Assembly (NCBI GenBank): GCA_951406725.2
Contig: OX597828.1
Coordinates: 37,572,001 to 37,636,000, forward strand
Direction: 5' to 3'
From: Octopus vulgaris
Lineage: Eukaryota
DNA length: 64,000 nucleotides
In this document: one piece after another, positions 1-13,934 of the stretch
Position numbering within the stretch: the stretch's first letter is position 1
Layout of the letters: each line of letters opens with the position of its first letter
Made by a program: the position numbers and the translations under genes
The notes under the pieces: model-generated
What the model saw: only the letters and a program-made list of their open reading frames with translations
Told to the model about the DNA's origin: nothing
The model's database searches: none

Positions 1-16
1 TTTATGGAAGACCAGT

Positions 17-213
17 AGTTGCCCATGCATTCCAGCCTTTCCCCCCATGCCACCGACGTTATCCAAGACAAAGGGGCCGATACAACTTGCTACCTGTGAC
101 GTCGCAACTCATTTCTACATCTGAATGAACTGGACCAACGTGAAATAAAGTGTCTTGCTCAAGAACTCAACACGCAACCCGCTCCGGGATTCGAACTCAC
201 AACCTCACGGTCG
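17..213 (-). mobile_element. tRNA-derived SINE fragment (family C)
   Basis: The minus strand has a B-box-like GAGTTCGAATCCC followed by TTGAGCAAGACACTTTATTTCACGTTG. Related pieces occur near 30870-30950, 47329-47500 and 55910-56050. Confidence 0.7.
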
Positions 214-307
214 TATATATATATATATATATGTATGTTTGTATGAGTATTTGCTTATGGCGTAGAAAACAGTTATCTTCTACGCAGATAGACAGTAACA
301 CAAATAG

Positions 308-309
308 AC

Positions 310-397
<88 letters not shown>

Positions 398-412
398 TGA
401 TTGATAGATAGA
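308..412. repeat. (AGAT)n microsatellite
   Basis: Seen directly. Similar AGAT/TCTA arrays at about 29007-29219, 43463-43666, 50118-50235, 51933-52019 and 63384-63553. Confidence 0.95.
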
Positions 413-935
413 TGAATAGGCGAGCTGATAGCTATCTAAATAAATCCATATTGATAATGGTAGTGACTGAGACATTATCTCAACAGACTATCGGTCGGTA
501 TTAAATGCCACACGGACGCTTTGAGCCGTAACTAAACGATTCGAAATATATGAAAGACGACCGAATAAAAGATTTATAGAACAATGGAAAGAATAATGGA
601 ATAACATAATAACGAAGCAAGTGTTCTGGAACCCATCATTCTGAATGGGTCTTCAAATGAAATCAAATTTAGTTAAATCACCGACCATTTTAATCACGTA
701 GAAGCATATTTTATCGTTTATTGTATTATGATATATTTTCTCACACCATTATTTAAAAATTAAATGTTCTCAATCCAAAGGAATGTGCTTACGGTTGGTC
801 ACACGACTTGCTAGATATAGCAGCCATATTTTTTAAAAAATCAGATTTCATTGTTGAGAATTCTCACGTTATCTAATAGCCGTCCCTTATTCCTCTAGTT
901 CCATTTGTGTTGCTTCGCTTATATATATATATATT

Positions 936-1345
936 TCTATAATATAAATTGGACATGGGCGATCGTTGTGTTCTTTCTCGTCTTGAGATTCACAGCCAAA
1001 CGGCTGGGTGGATTCGAGTGAAAAATGGCACACATGTGGAGATGGGTGCATAGATTGGAATGCGGTTTGTATCTTTTTCCTAGCCCCCATACTTACCAAG
1101 AAAAACCGAATAAAACTTTTCTAATGGAAATCCCCTCTGTCTTTCGTCATTAAAACAACCAGTTGCTTAGAAGCTTGTTTTCTGATGGGGTGAGGTCAGG
1201 AAATTTCATACAACTGGAGGCTTCAATCGAAACAGGGGACCCGAAATGATAAGGTTGAGAAACGCGGTAATAGATTATGCCTAACCGAAAACGAACAAAG
1301 CCACATAATCTAAACAGACCGGGTGAAACCGGACATAGCTGCTAG
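936..1345 (+). mobile_element. Non-autonomous Helitron
   Basis: 5' TCTATAATATAA start; subterminal hairpin CCGG-gtgaaa-CCGG at 1319-1332; 3' CTAG at 1342-1345 followed by T; sits in (TA)n with no TSD. Confidence 0.75.
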
Positions 1346-1400
1346 TATATATATATATGTATGTATTATATCTGTTCACACAGCCATGTATATATATATA

Positions 1401-1604
1401 TTCTTTTATTCTTTTACTTGTTTCAGTCATTTGACTGCAGCCATGCTGGAGTACTTTGGAAGCTTAGTACTTATCCTATCGGTCTCTTTCGTGGAACCGC
1501 TAGATTAGTGGGAGGTAAACGCATCAACAACGGTTGCCAAGCGATGGTGGGGAGCAAATACAGACACACAAATACATACAAACATACATACATACATACA
1601 TACA

Positions 1605-1638
<34 letters not shown>

Positions 1639-1848
1639 AGCCCATCGCATATATAAGCCCATCGCATATATATATATATATATACGATGGGCTTCTTTCA
1701 GTTTTCGTCTACCAAATCCACTCACAAGGCTTTGGTCAGCCCGAAGACACTTATATTGGAAGACACTTGCCCAATGTGCCACGCAGTGGAACTGAACCCA
1801 GAGCCATGTGGTTGCGAAGCAAGCTTCGTACCACACAGCCACGCCTAC
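1401..1848 (-). mobile_element. SINE family B (tRNA head, CORE-like segment, internal microsatellite)
   Basis: Matches about 15 other copies in the window: head TGGCTGTGTGGTA...GGGTTCAGT, then TTGGGCAAGTGTCTTC, tail GACTGAAACAAGTAAAAG. Confidence 0.85.
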
Positions 1849-1878
1849 GCTTATTCTTACGTCACAGCCACGCCTGCG

Positions 1879-1910
<32 letters not shown>

Positions 1911-3450
1911 TATATATAGGATAGTGTACAACAATGCACCAATATATTGATGTGTGTGTGTCTATGTATATATATATATATATATATATCTGTATGTATG
2001 TATATATGTATGTATGTTTTTGTCATTAAATGCAATTTGGGAGCTGTTCCCAACGACACTGGGAAATTATTTTCGGTCGTACTATGTTCTTCTGTATTTC
2101 AAACAACTGCAACTTCTTGACCTTATAATCATAAACTGTTTCTGTTTCATGTTCGTTTTAATGCTGTTTAAATTACCTCAGCGTATGATCGCATAAGTTA
2201 TAAATTTTAAATTAACCAAAGATTGAAACATTACAAGGACAGGAAAGATTAAATTGTCGACTACAATAAGAAACCGCAGAATAGCTACGAGCAACTGTGT
2301 TATGCATGTGTAACTAATGAAAAATATTAGAAAGTGTGGAGGTGACGACCAGGCTTCCGTAGGGCTTTTTATAAATTCACATACTAAATATGAAATTGTG
2401 ATAAGGACTTTGATCAACGATTGAACTTTTACACAGTGGCTTAAAAGTACCAGCTACTTTAATTATGTAGGCCTATAAACAGAAATTCTAATTTCCAAAA
2501 ACAAAGGGACGATCGTGGTTGGAACGCGTTTCATCATATGTCTACAAAATTAGGATTAACCTGAGGCTAAAACCACAAAACAAACAAACAAACAAAAACT
2601 ACTACATGATAATTAATACGTAAGCAATACGGTAAAGGTATCCATGGTGATCCATGGGCAGCCTTAGATATTTTCAATCCGAAGGGTTTTTTATTAACTC
2701 ATTATTTTACACACTATTATTTATAGCTTTATCTGCTTCGCGATTCACCGTTCTAGACATTCCATGTATGATGGAGAACAGTACAACTTATTACAAACGT
2801 CAATCGAAAAACATAAAACAATAAATCTATGGCCATGAATTGTAAGTGGCAATATAGTGACGAGAATAATGTTCTATCTTAATTAAATCTAACCTATAAG
2901 CCCTTTCTGATGTATTTGTTTGCGTTTATGAGATGATTGAACTCATTGCCAGCGTAATAAAAACGAGAATATTTGTGCTCAATTTCCACTCGTAGTAGAA
3001 AGAAAACCTATTTAGAATAATATATCTGGTGAACTAGTTAAAAAAAACACTTTCATTCGTCACCTATCTTTATAGTATGTATTGTCAGGATTCTGTTCTC
3101 TTAAAAGGTAACATCACCAAACGACTACGAAACAGTCCACAAAAGCTTTGGAAACCTTTCATGCTGTGCTTTTCCCAACCATAACCTGAAACACAAAAAC
3201 GTAGTTTTAACTATCCAGGATGTCGTTCTCAGCACTCTGATTCACGGCTCTGTGAGTTAGACAGACATAAATAAGGTTATTTGAGAGATTTAATCAAGCA
3301 AAACTTCGTGTGATCCTGGACGTGTAATTACGTATCTATGTATCAAAAACAACGATGTCTATGTGACAATTAGAAAATCCACGAGACACCAAACTAACAT
3401 GAAGAAGCATGAACTTCAATGTTAAGGATATATAAAGAAGGAGCTCGACA

Positions 3451-3622
3451 TTAACCCTTTCGATTCCAACCCACCTGAAACCACCTCTGGCTCTGTTGTA
3501 CAAATGTTTTGATTTCAGAAGTTCTAAATCAAAATCTTCCACTAGACCTTAGTCACAACTTAGTCACAAATCCTAACACTAGCTTAATGATAACTAAGTT
3601 ATTTTACTAAATTCTTTGTTAT
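3451..3622. mobile_element. Possible piggyBac-like terminal fragment
   Basis: Begins TTAA-CCCTTT and is then interrupted by a SINE. No partner end was found. Confidence 0.25.
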
Positions 3623-3896
3623 AGGCGCAGGAGTGGCTGTGTGGTAAGTAGCTTGCTTACCAACTACATGGTTCCGGGTTCAGTCCCACTGCGTGGCACC
3701 TTGGGCAAGTGTCTTCTATAATAGCCTCGGGCCGACCAAAGCCTTGTGAGTGGATTTGGCTGACGGAAACTGAAAGAAACCCATGTATGTGTGTGTATAT
3801 GTTTGTATCTGTGTTTGTCCCCACCCCCAACATCGCTTGACACCCGATGCAAGTGTGTTTATGTCTCTGTAACTTAGCGGTTCGGCAAAAGAGACC
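3623..3896 (+). mobile_element. SINE family B, 3' truncated
   Basis: Starts AGGCGCAGGAGTGGCTGTGTGGTAAG...GGGTTCAGTCCCAC, nearly identical to the other B copies. Confidence 0.85.
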
Positions 3897-4307
3897 AGAA
3901 TTGTAAAAACTTAGCAGCAGAATCCGGACATCAACGTTTACTCCAAGGTAGACATTGCCACAAAATTATGAGCAAATAATTGTCTACCTATGACTATACA
4001 CGAAATGTATCTTGGATTACGGTATGCAAAGAATTCTTGTACTCGTAAGCGGTGGTTTAAGTTGCTATTTCTAGCAAACCCTGGACTTCGTAAGGATACA
4101 TTTCGTTGGTTGGATGGCTTTCTTTGGATGTATGTGTGTGTTTTTCTGCGCGTGCGCGTGCACAAATAGCTATGGTGGTGGTGATAGTGGTGGTAGTGGT
4201 AGTCGTGATTTGTGTCGCGTGTGCGTGCGTGCGTGCGCGTAAGTATAAGTATTTGTAGTGCTGGTAGGGGCAACGGTGAGTGCATGTGTGTTTGTTTGTG
4301 TGTGTAT

Positions 4308-4394
<87 letters not shown>

Positions 4395-4917
4395 TGTGTG
4401 TGTGTGGACATATGCGTCTATATGAATGCGTGTACGAGAAGACTACAGAAATCAATAACAAATAACAAAGAAAAATCACTGAAAAGATTAGAAACGGCAA
4501 TTTAAGAATTAAGAACTTGCAAAATGTACTCCGATGCTTAATAGAATAATACAGGAGCAGCTTTTATACGAACACATTTCGGCCATGAATCAAATATCCA
4601 GCCTTTGTTTACATTAAAGAGATACATGGTTGATTAGAAATCTGCCTGGAAACTTTGTATTGTCTTGCTTCCCATAATCTTCATGTTTCGTTGTACGTAT
4701 AGAATTGGACGTTGTTGTTTTATGATGTAAAGGAATTTGGAATGAAATGGCTACACACGAGAAAAAGCATTAACTAATGAGATTTGGGTTGGATAAATAT
4801 ATATATATATATATATACGATATAAAACATGTCTGTTTCAACTTCGGATGATGGACGAGAGCATATGGAAACGTCTGTTCGTGGTATGCTGTTTATGTAT
4901 GCGTACACGTATTCATG

Positions 4918-5163
<246 letters not shown>

Positions 5164-5508
5164 GTGTATGTATATGCTTGTGTATAAATCTTTCATTTCA
5201 TTGAGGATGCTTTTGTGCTCCTGAGTGCACGTGTAAAATGATACAGCCAATGGAAATCTAATGTTAGCAAACGATGAGATTCGCTATCTCTTCATCTCTC
5301 TCTCTCTCTCTGAATACATACATACAAATACATATATATATATATATATATACATATGTATGTATCCCTAAAAATAAATGTATAAATTTCTTGAATGTAA
5401 CAGGAGAAATATTTCTTTCTTTCAACGCATGCATTTGGATATCTGACACACAAAGCACACGCACACGGCACACAAATTCGTACAAACACGTCATTACACA
5501 TCGACGCA

Positions 5509-5561
<53 letters not shown>

Positions 5562-5918
5562 CTCTGTATGTATGTGTGTGTTTGTGTGCGTGTGTGAATG
5601 CGTAGATATCCGTGTATACCACACATTACAAGGATAGACGTAATTGCTTGACCTTTCATTATCAACCTTATCAGACGGTTAATGGACATGCTAGCTGGAA
5701 GAATAAACGAGCCCGCGCACACGCACACACACAAACACGTACATACACACATACACACATACACACACACACATGTTACACTCATAAATGAGCCTGCACA
5801 GTGGCGTTATATTTTCATGTAGGGCAGGGTGGGAACGGAGGTTGAGCTAGCAAATCTGTGCATGAATGATAAGGCATTCTGACGAAAAGAAAACTGCGAT
5901 GATTTATCGATGACTATG

Positions 5919-5982
<64 letters not shown>

Positions 5983-6339
5983 TGTATATGTATAAGTGAC
6001 GGTGCGTATGTCGGTCTGCATGTGCTCAAAGCGCTCGTGTACATAGATATATTCACACTTGTAGCCACAAATAACGTAACTGTTTATGTTTCTCTGCATG
6101 TGTCTGGGTGTAACTAAACAAAGAATAGTCGAGTGAAAATGTGACTCAATGATTGAAGGACTATGATGGTAAAAGACAGAGAGGGGGTATAGAGAGGGAA
6201 TGGGGGAATGAGGGAGTGTGTAATGGCGAAAGAATATTGAGATGCTGTGTGGCGTTGCAAATATAGAAACAGTACACAACTGAAATACTAAAAATGATAA
6301 TGAGAATACTAAAAATGAACCCGACCTCTCTCAAAAAGG

Positions 6340-6555
6340 AAGTAAAAAAAAAACAGGAAAAATAATCCAGAATTCTTGTCCGGCACCGGAGAGATCCCAA
6401 AATCTAATCAGTTCGTGCCAATCACGAGGCCAAACATTCCTGAAAGTTTTATTCGAATCCATTCAGCAGGTCTTCAGATATCTTGTCCATGGACAAACAA
6501 ACGAACGAACAGGACTGAAAACAATACCTCCCGCCTTAGCGAAGGTGGAGGTAGA
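6340..6555 (+). mobile_element. Helentron/Helitron-related non-autonomous element end
   Basis: An (ACAA)-type tract and GAAAACAA precede a terminal hairpin TACCTCCCGCCTT-agcg-AAGGTGGAGGTA (6525-6553), a layout typical of rolling-circle derivatives. Confidence 0.5.
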
Positions 6556-6583
6556 AATAACGGGAGAAATATCGGTGATATAA

Positions 6584-6985
6584 GGCGGCGAGCTGGCAGA
6601 AACGTTAGCACGCCGGACGAAATGCTTAGCGGTATTTCGTCCGCCGTTACGTTCTCAGTTCAAATTCCGCCGAGGTCGACTTTGCCTTTCAACCTTTAGT
6701 GGTCGATTAAATAAGTACCAGTTACGCACTGTGGTCGATATAATCGACTTAATCCGTTTGTCTGTCCTTGTTTGTCCTCTCTGTGTTTAGCCCCTTGTGG
6801 GTAATAAAGAAATATGTATTTCGTCTGCCGTTACGTTCTGAGTTCAAATTCCGCCGAGGTCGACTTTGCCTTTCATCCTTTCGGGGTCGATTATGTAAGT
6901 ACCAGTTACGCACTGTGGTCGATATAATCGACTTAATCCGTTTGTCTGTCTTTCTTTGTCCCCTCAGTGCGTAATTCCTTGTGGT
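6584..6985 (+). mobile_element. SINE family A, dimer of A2 units
   Basis: A-box-like TGGCAGAAACGTTAG, B-box-like AGTTCAAATTCC, and a body GTCGACTTTGCCTTTCA...AAGTACCAG. The A2 tail is joined at 6815/6816 to GTATTTCGTC of a second unit. Confidence 0.85.
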
Positions 6986-8663
6986 CTGCTTTATTAAAGT
7001 CTACTTCTCTGACAAGAAATCATTGTAGATGTCGCAGCCCCAGGGCACGTGTGTCCACTAACAATCCTAGAACTGGACAATGAAAACAGATGGATCGCCA
7101 TCCACAAGAAATGAAACGGTAAACACTCCAATGCCGTCAGACAAAAAGCTGTGGTAAATTATGATGCCGGTATCATGCGTATTTTTCACGGCCATCTGAT
7201 CATAGTGTAAGGATTAATAATAATAAACATATACTAAGGATGATCTATACCAGGTCAAATAAATATACTAGTACATACAATAACATATTAAATCTACTCT
7301 AATTACGAATAATTCAAACATTAGGAATATCGATTGAGGAAGAGGACAAGTGTGGCGTTTCAACACTTTTTCTCTCCTGGGGAAGAGGGATAATCATGAA
7401 TGTCTTATCGGTATGCCGCAAAATTACAAATGAGAAAATGAAGAAAGTTGAGAAATGACATCGAGGGTAGATGTAGAGAGAAATCTGAGAATATTGAATG
7501 TGCGATTGTAAGAGTCGTGTAGGGGGTGGTACGAGTAGCGTAAGAGATGCACGATGCTTGGAAGAATATAAAATATGAGTGAGTCGTTGTCCAAGTAGTA
7601 GCAAGATATAGGTCGACTGACACAGTGAGAGCAAGGTGGCATATAATAGAGAAGTGAGAGTAAGGAGGTAGGAATAAAGGGACATATATAAAATAACAAA
7701 GCCGCATAAACGAACACGAAGAGGGGAAGAAACGAGACGGAATGAGGTGACAGGAGCGGTCGAAACAATGGATTAATAAAAGCTAGTAGGAGAAAATTAA
7801 TTTTGAAAAATTGATAAGATGTGAAGAACTGAAAAGTCAGGAGTGGTCAGAAATGAGAAAGAAAAGTGAAACAGTCTATGATGAAAGGTAAGGAAGGGTA
7901 GGGGGTTGAAGGCGTAGAAATAGAATTGTGAACAGAAGCAAAATCTACAAGAACCAAATAGTAAATACACAGCCATGAATCCATATACACACGTATATGT
8001 CAAGACACACATTCATACATACAATAATACATACATACATACACACACACACATACACACATATACATATATATATATATACACAGAGAGGGAGGAGAGG
8101 TGGATGAGGGAGGGAGAGAGAGCTATGGAGGAAGGAGAAAGAGAGGGGTGGAGGAGGGAGAGAGGTGGAGGAGAGAGGGAGAGAGAGTAAGATGTGATTG
8201 AAGGGTTACATAAAAGATCAAGACATACCAAGGTGATGCACGCTACATTTGGTCACTAGACGGAATGACACAGTAAAGACATTAAACGCAGTAAAATAAT
8301 CGATTAGCATAGCACTCAATGCATCGATGAAGGGAAGTTCAGTAGTTCAAATCCCGCAGAGGTCGACTTTACTTTTTATCCTTTGGGATTGATAAAATAA
8401 GAACCGGTACTCTATCCTAACAAAATTTCAAGTCCTGTGTCTGGTGTGTTCACGGTGACATTAGCTCTGAAATAATTCTTCGACGGTAAGCATGAGTGGA
8501 GTAAGCCGACCTCTGCAGGATTTGAAATGCTGAATTTCCGTTCATCGATGCATTGGGTGCGATGATTATGGATTAATATACTGTCTTGACTATGTTATTC
8601 TGTCTAATCATCACCTCGATATAATTTGATCTTTTATGGATGCCTTCAATCAAATATCTCCCT

Positions 8664-8697
<34 letters not shown>

Positions 8698-8783
8698 GTA
8701 AGCAAAATCGTGATTGTCCTTGCATACAGTCATGTCCCCTGCATTTCTCCCCAGATGAGCATTCCCAATCTTGCGGGATCTTG

Positions 8784-9005
8784 GGTGCTGATGCCATGTA
8801 AAAGGCACCCGTAGCAGCACCCGTGCTGGTGCTGCATAAAAATGCCTAGTACATTCTGTAAAGTGGTTGGCATAAAAGGATAGCATCCAACCAACCAAAA
8901 CAAACATAGAGACTGAGTAGGTCTTCAGCTGGCCAGATCCTGTCAAACCGTCCAACCCATGCCAGCATGGAAAGCAGATGCTAAATGATGATGAAGATGA
9001 TGATG
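8784..9005 (+). mobile_element. 3' part of a SINE with (GAT)n tail (family E)
   Basis: Ends AACCGTCCAACCCATGCCAGCATGGAAAGCAGATGCTAAA followed by a TGA-repeat tail, a retroposon-like 3' end. Confidence 0.5.
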
Positions 9006-9094
9006 TCTGTGTGTCTGTGAGTGTATGTGTTTTGTCATATATGTATGAGTGTGTATAGGTGGATGGTTGTGGATCTATGTATTTACAACTCGGT

Positions 9095-10877
9095 TCTTGT
9101 AGATTCCTAATGTCTGGTCAAGGTGTTCTCGATAGAGGTTGGCGCTTGATCTCGAGGAACTGATTGGTGATGCGCAAACATGTGCAATCCCAAACAGATC
9201 TATCCACGACAACCTCCACCACATGCGATGTATCACAGATAGGATAGGTAAGGAAGCTAGCATGAGTGGAACCCTGGTCAATCTGGATCAATCACAGGCT
9301 TTCTCACGGCTGCAGGTTTCGTTCTTGTTTTCCATGGCTGAATTGCTGCAATTGAACAGCGATATTTACTCGGTAGTTCGAGTGAATGGTTACCTATCGG
9401 AATCATTCAGCACCATGTGCTCACTCCGTTAAAGCTCTTCCCTCTCGTCTGTTCTGTAGGTTCTGGCTCAGGAGCCACTACTGTGGAAATTGGAAGCGTT
9501 TAGAGACATCCTGCGCGAAATCAGATGTGGGAGAACAGTGACATTATATGCGGATGACGTCACCGTCATAGCGTCGAACACCAGACACATAAACCTTATT
9601 GGCATAGCACTAAAAGAATGGAGACGAGGTGACGAGGAGGGTAAACAATCTCAACTAGAAATGGGACGAGAGAAAGCAATCGCTGAAAGGTTGGGAAAGG
9701 TTACATCACATCCATAATATACTACCGTCTGACCGTTGTGCTCTCCCCAGTCTACATCTGACCATATTCGAGTGCGTACTCTTCCGCATTCCACTGGTCA
9801 GGCGCTCAAGTTGCTGTCAACACCCGCTGAATGGAAGACTGGGCATGTCGTGGCTGCTGATGCGCAGACACGGTGAGCAGATGTGGTCACCGTTGATTAG
9901 ACTCACTCTTCCACTGCTTGTTTCTTTGACTGGGCAGCAGTCCTGGATCAAGCACAGACTGACGCAGAGCGCTTGGCATCAAGAGTATCATCAGATGCTC
10001 ACAGTTCTCTGTCAGTCGGACAATGTAGTCTTGGAAGTTCCATTTTGGAACTTCTATGGAAGACAAGAGCGACGACATTCTCACGGAGACTCAGAGCGTC
10101 CACGAAAATCAACTGGCTGGTCCGTTCCAGTGGACTTTCGGGCCGGGGCCTATAGGTAATTTTCAGAAATCCTCGGCCTGGTACTGTTACCGAGGAGCGT
10201 TGCTGATTCGAGATAAACTCTACAGGCATGGAAGTGCCGTTAGCCGGACTTGCCCGAGATGTGCACAGAGCCACGAAACTGTGCCCGAACATTGCTAACT
10301 TGTGGGTTTATGTCGAACACATATAGGACAGATCAAGCTATCGGTTGGATCCATTGTAAGGATCGTTTCACCCTTTTCCTTTGGCCGAGAAGAGCAGGCA
10401 GTGCTTATTTGTCTGGTGGTCTTAGCGAAAGAGGTTGTGGTATGGTGGACCAGGTTGAAAGGGCTGAAGGTAGATACTTTCCTCTTTGGCCGAGACCTCA
10501 TCAACTTTTTCAACTTGAAAAGGAAAGTGAGAGTAGAGAGGGAGGTGCTGTCTCTCAGCAATCTTACTGAGAGACGGGTGAAAGTAGAAATAATGGTCTG
10601 AGTGAAAGGGCCATTCTCTAAGCATGCGCCTGTAAATTATAAACGCACGATGTGGAGAAGACACTTGCGCTAGTGGTCTGAGCTACCATGGTTTTGTGTT
10701 TCCACGAGCAGCCCCAGGAAAATCTCCCTCTTTTGGAGCATTATCCAGTGTTAAATTTATAATTTATATTGCTACTTTTATTTTTACTCTTTGCAAGCTT
10801 CTCTCTACAACCCTATATTGTATTCTCTTGTACTGTCTCCATGTTTTTTTGTGAACACTTTGTGGTAAATAAAGAAA
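9095..10877 (+). mobile_element. Decayed 5'-truncated L1/Tx1-clade LINE (ORF2 RT + C-terminal Zn knuckle + 3' UTR)
   Basis: Frameshifted peptides QTCAIPNRSIHDNL, NLDQSQAF, VRVNGYLSESF, LYADDVTV (RT catalytic YADD) and CPRCAQSHETVPEHC; 3' end AATAAAGAAA at about 10877. Confidence 0.85.
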
Positions 10878-10998
10878 ACATCGTTGTATTTCGGAATGGT
10901 CATTTTGCCAGTTTAGCCAATAAAACACACGCACTATATATTTGGTGTTACTTTGCTTCAGTGTTATTTATTTTTTACATGAATCTTAATCTTATTTC

Positions 10999-11043
10999 GG
11001 CCAGAGTTCTTTCGTCACACTCCTCTGACCGCATCAGTGGTCC
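10999..11043 (-). ncRNA. Atypical minimal type I hammerhead-ribozyme-like motif
   Basis: Minus strand reads GGACCA CUGAUGC G GUCA-gaggagug-UGAC GAAA GAA CUC UGGCC: stem I CCA/UGG, stem II GUCA/UGAC, CUC triplet. Core position A9 is C. Confidence 0.45.
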
Positions 11044-11215
11044 TTTGCTTTCTTCTTTCTTATTTGTGTCTCTCCTTACTAACCGTCAGCCATTTTGTAT
11101 TTCTATTGTATGTGTCTTCATTTGCGCATTCGTATATCTCTATGTGCGTCTATGTTTAATTAGTGTGTATGTGTGTGGGGGAACGCCTGTAATATTTGTA
11201 TCTTCTGTTTATATA

Positions 11216-11216
<1 letters not shown>

Positions 11217-11269
<53 letters not shown>

Positions 11270-11301
11270 CATTATTATTATCATTATTATCCTTATTATT
11301 A

Positions 11302-11344
<43 letters not shown>

Positions 11345-11366
11345 CATTATTATTATTATTATTATT
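11217..11366. repeat. (ATT)n microsatellite
   Basis: Seen directly. Confidence 0.95.
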
Positions 11367-12775
11367 CGGTAGCCTTATTTTTATCACGTGCTTCCACTGC
11401 ACCACCCAACGCCGCTCTGTGTATCATCATCATCATCATCATCATCATCGTTTTAATGATACTAACAATGTTTAATAGTCATAGCTATTTTGTTTATTTG
11501 GCGCGATAAGAACATCGCTTGGAATACATAACAAAAACGAAATTCTGACGGTGGTGGTGTTGGTGGCGGTGTTGGTGGCCGTTTTGTCTTCGAAATGTTA
11601 TTCTATTTGTCGTCCCCATGTCAAATAATGTGATTATTGTTACTGTTATTATTGTTGATGGTCCTGGCTGGGTTGGGTGGGGTTAGCGATAGCGGTAGCC
11701 TTATTTACGCTGTTATGGTTTGCGTTGTTGTGTAGAAAGATGCACAACATATATACATATATACATATATACATATATATATATATATAAATACATACAT
11801 ATATATATAAATATATATATGTATATATATATATATCTATATATATAGATATATATATATATATATAGATATAGATATATATAGAGAGAGATATAGATAT
11901 ATGTATATATATAAAAGAATATTTTAACGATACATAAAAATGAAATCAAATGTGTAAAAGAGAAGACTACGTCTATGAGATTATAAAAATAATAGAAAAC
12001 ACAAAATAGATGTTAAAGAAGGAAGGTCGCTTAAGAGAAAGAGGATGGTTAGAGGAAGAGAAAAAAAGAATAAGGAAAACAGATGACTAGATAAACAATG
12101 AAACAATCAAGCACAATGGAATAAATATTATAGGAAGACATCAAACAATTGGTTTTTGGTATCAAACGGGAATTGAATGAATGGGAAGAGAATAAAGGAA
12201 AACTAACAAGAAGTAGACTTTAATAAGGAAGGCGGGATGCAGAGGCGGGTGGTGGTAGTTCGTCTGTTTATTTGCGGGGGAAAGGAGAAATTTGTTTGTT
12301 TTGTATGGGTGATTTTTTCTTTCTCTCTTCCATAAATAAACACATGTATGTACGTACTTATGTATGCATGCATGTATGTATGTATGTATGTATGTATGTA
12401 TGTATGTATGTATGTATGTATGTATGTATGTATGTGTGTGTGTGTATGTGTGTGTGTGTATGCGTGTGTGTGTGTGCACGTTTGTGTGGTCTGAAGCTGA
12501 AGCATCTTGAAATGAAAAGAGTTTCACGTTAGCGATTATTCAGACAACTGGAAAATGAAGCAGCGTGATTTATATATGAGCAAAATGATTAATAAAAAAC
12601 ATCGAAAAAGAATTAGCAAACCTTACATCTGAATTACCACATAAAAAAGCGTTAGAAACTGTGTTGAGTTTCCATCTATTCAATTGTCATGTGCAGAATC
12701 CGAAAGAATCCAATTTATTCAAGCAATTAATAACATGATACGTTCATGTCCTCAATATGCACACCAGGGAATACT

Positions 12776-12925
12776 ATGTATTAATGAACAGCAATCGTTG
12801 CTTTTGTTTTACTTTATACAAGGGAGTAACATATGTTAATGAACGGCAATAGCTCCTTTTGTTACAATTTATACAATTTATAACGTGTTAATGAACAGAA
12901 ATGGCTGCTTTTGTTTCAATTTATG
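12776..12925. repeat. Degenerate minisatellite, 3 units of about 52-55 bp
   Basis: TTAATGAACRGMAAT...CTTTTGTT...TTTAT occurs three times. Confidence 0.75.
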
Positions 12926-13934
12926 GAAAGCTAGTTCTTATATTGATATGATAATCATATATTTTATCGCGATGATCATTCTTTTAGTCAATTGACAGCT
13001 GGAAGTTTCTCAGTAAACAAGGATACAGATTATCTGTTATCTGCAAACGAAGTCTTAGCTGGATAAACAGTAGTGTATAGTCAGCCGTCACTCACAAGCG
13101 AGTATGGCTTGGTAGCACATAGCCGCGCACAGTGACAGACAGCCTCACACCATGAACGCTGCATCAGCAGCACAACTGGAATGTGTCTGTTGGAGTGGGA
13201 GGGAGAGAGACAAAGAGAGACAGAGAGAGATAGAGAGGGAAAGAGAAAGAAAGAACTGCATCAGTATCAAGCTAATACTCATTCACAGCTGAGTAGACTG
13301 GAACAACGTGAAATCAAATACTCAAGAACACACTCCAGCACCGAAAAATCCCCGAGTTTAACTCTCTAATCAGTAATGATGCATTATAGAGAGAATACCG
13401 TTTAGGAGATAAGTATAAGAGTTATTGAATTTGCGCAGAGAAAAAAACTTTTGTGCATTGGAACTGTAAGTTTTTTCATGTTTACACGTTTACATGTTTA
13501 CATGCAAATAGTGTACTTATTTTACTCAACTGTTATTCTCCTTTAAACTGTTTTTTTAGTAAATATCTGTGAATACCTGTGGTCCATGGGGAAATGCTCA
13601 TATGATTGTTTATATGGTTTTGGGAAATCCTGGCAACATTGGAAAGAGAATATTTGAATTAAAGGTAATACTATATCGTGCATTTCCTTATTAAGTTTTG
13701 CATTTATGTATATTAGAGCGGTTCAGCGTGTAACGTGTGTTTTAATGTGGGATTAAAGGATTCTTCTCCAGAGATAATGGATATGCACTTACGAAAGTTA
13801 TTAATTAACTTTTTAGTGATTATTGGTGAACAGATTAAACTTTATTTTGGGATAATTTTAAAAATACCTAAATCTAGAGTTGTATTTCAGAAAATAAGTG
13901 TTTAGATACATATCTGCTCTTATAATAATTCTCG

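Noticed and set aside
6584-6680. tRNA genes at SINE heads
   Set aside because: A/B boxes are present but there is no full cloverleaf, and each continues into a SINE body.
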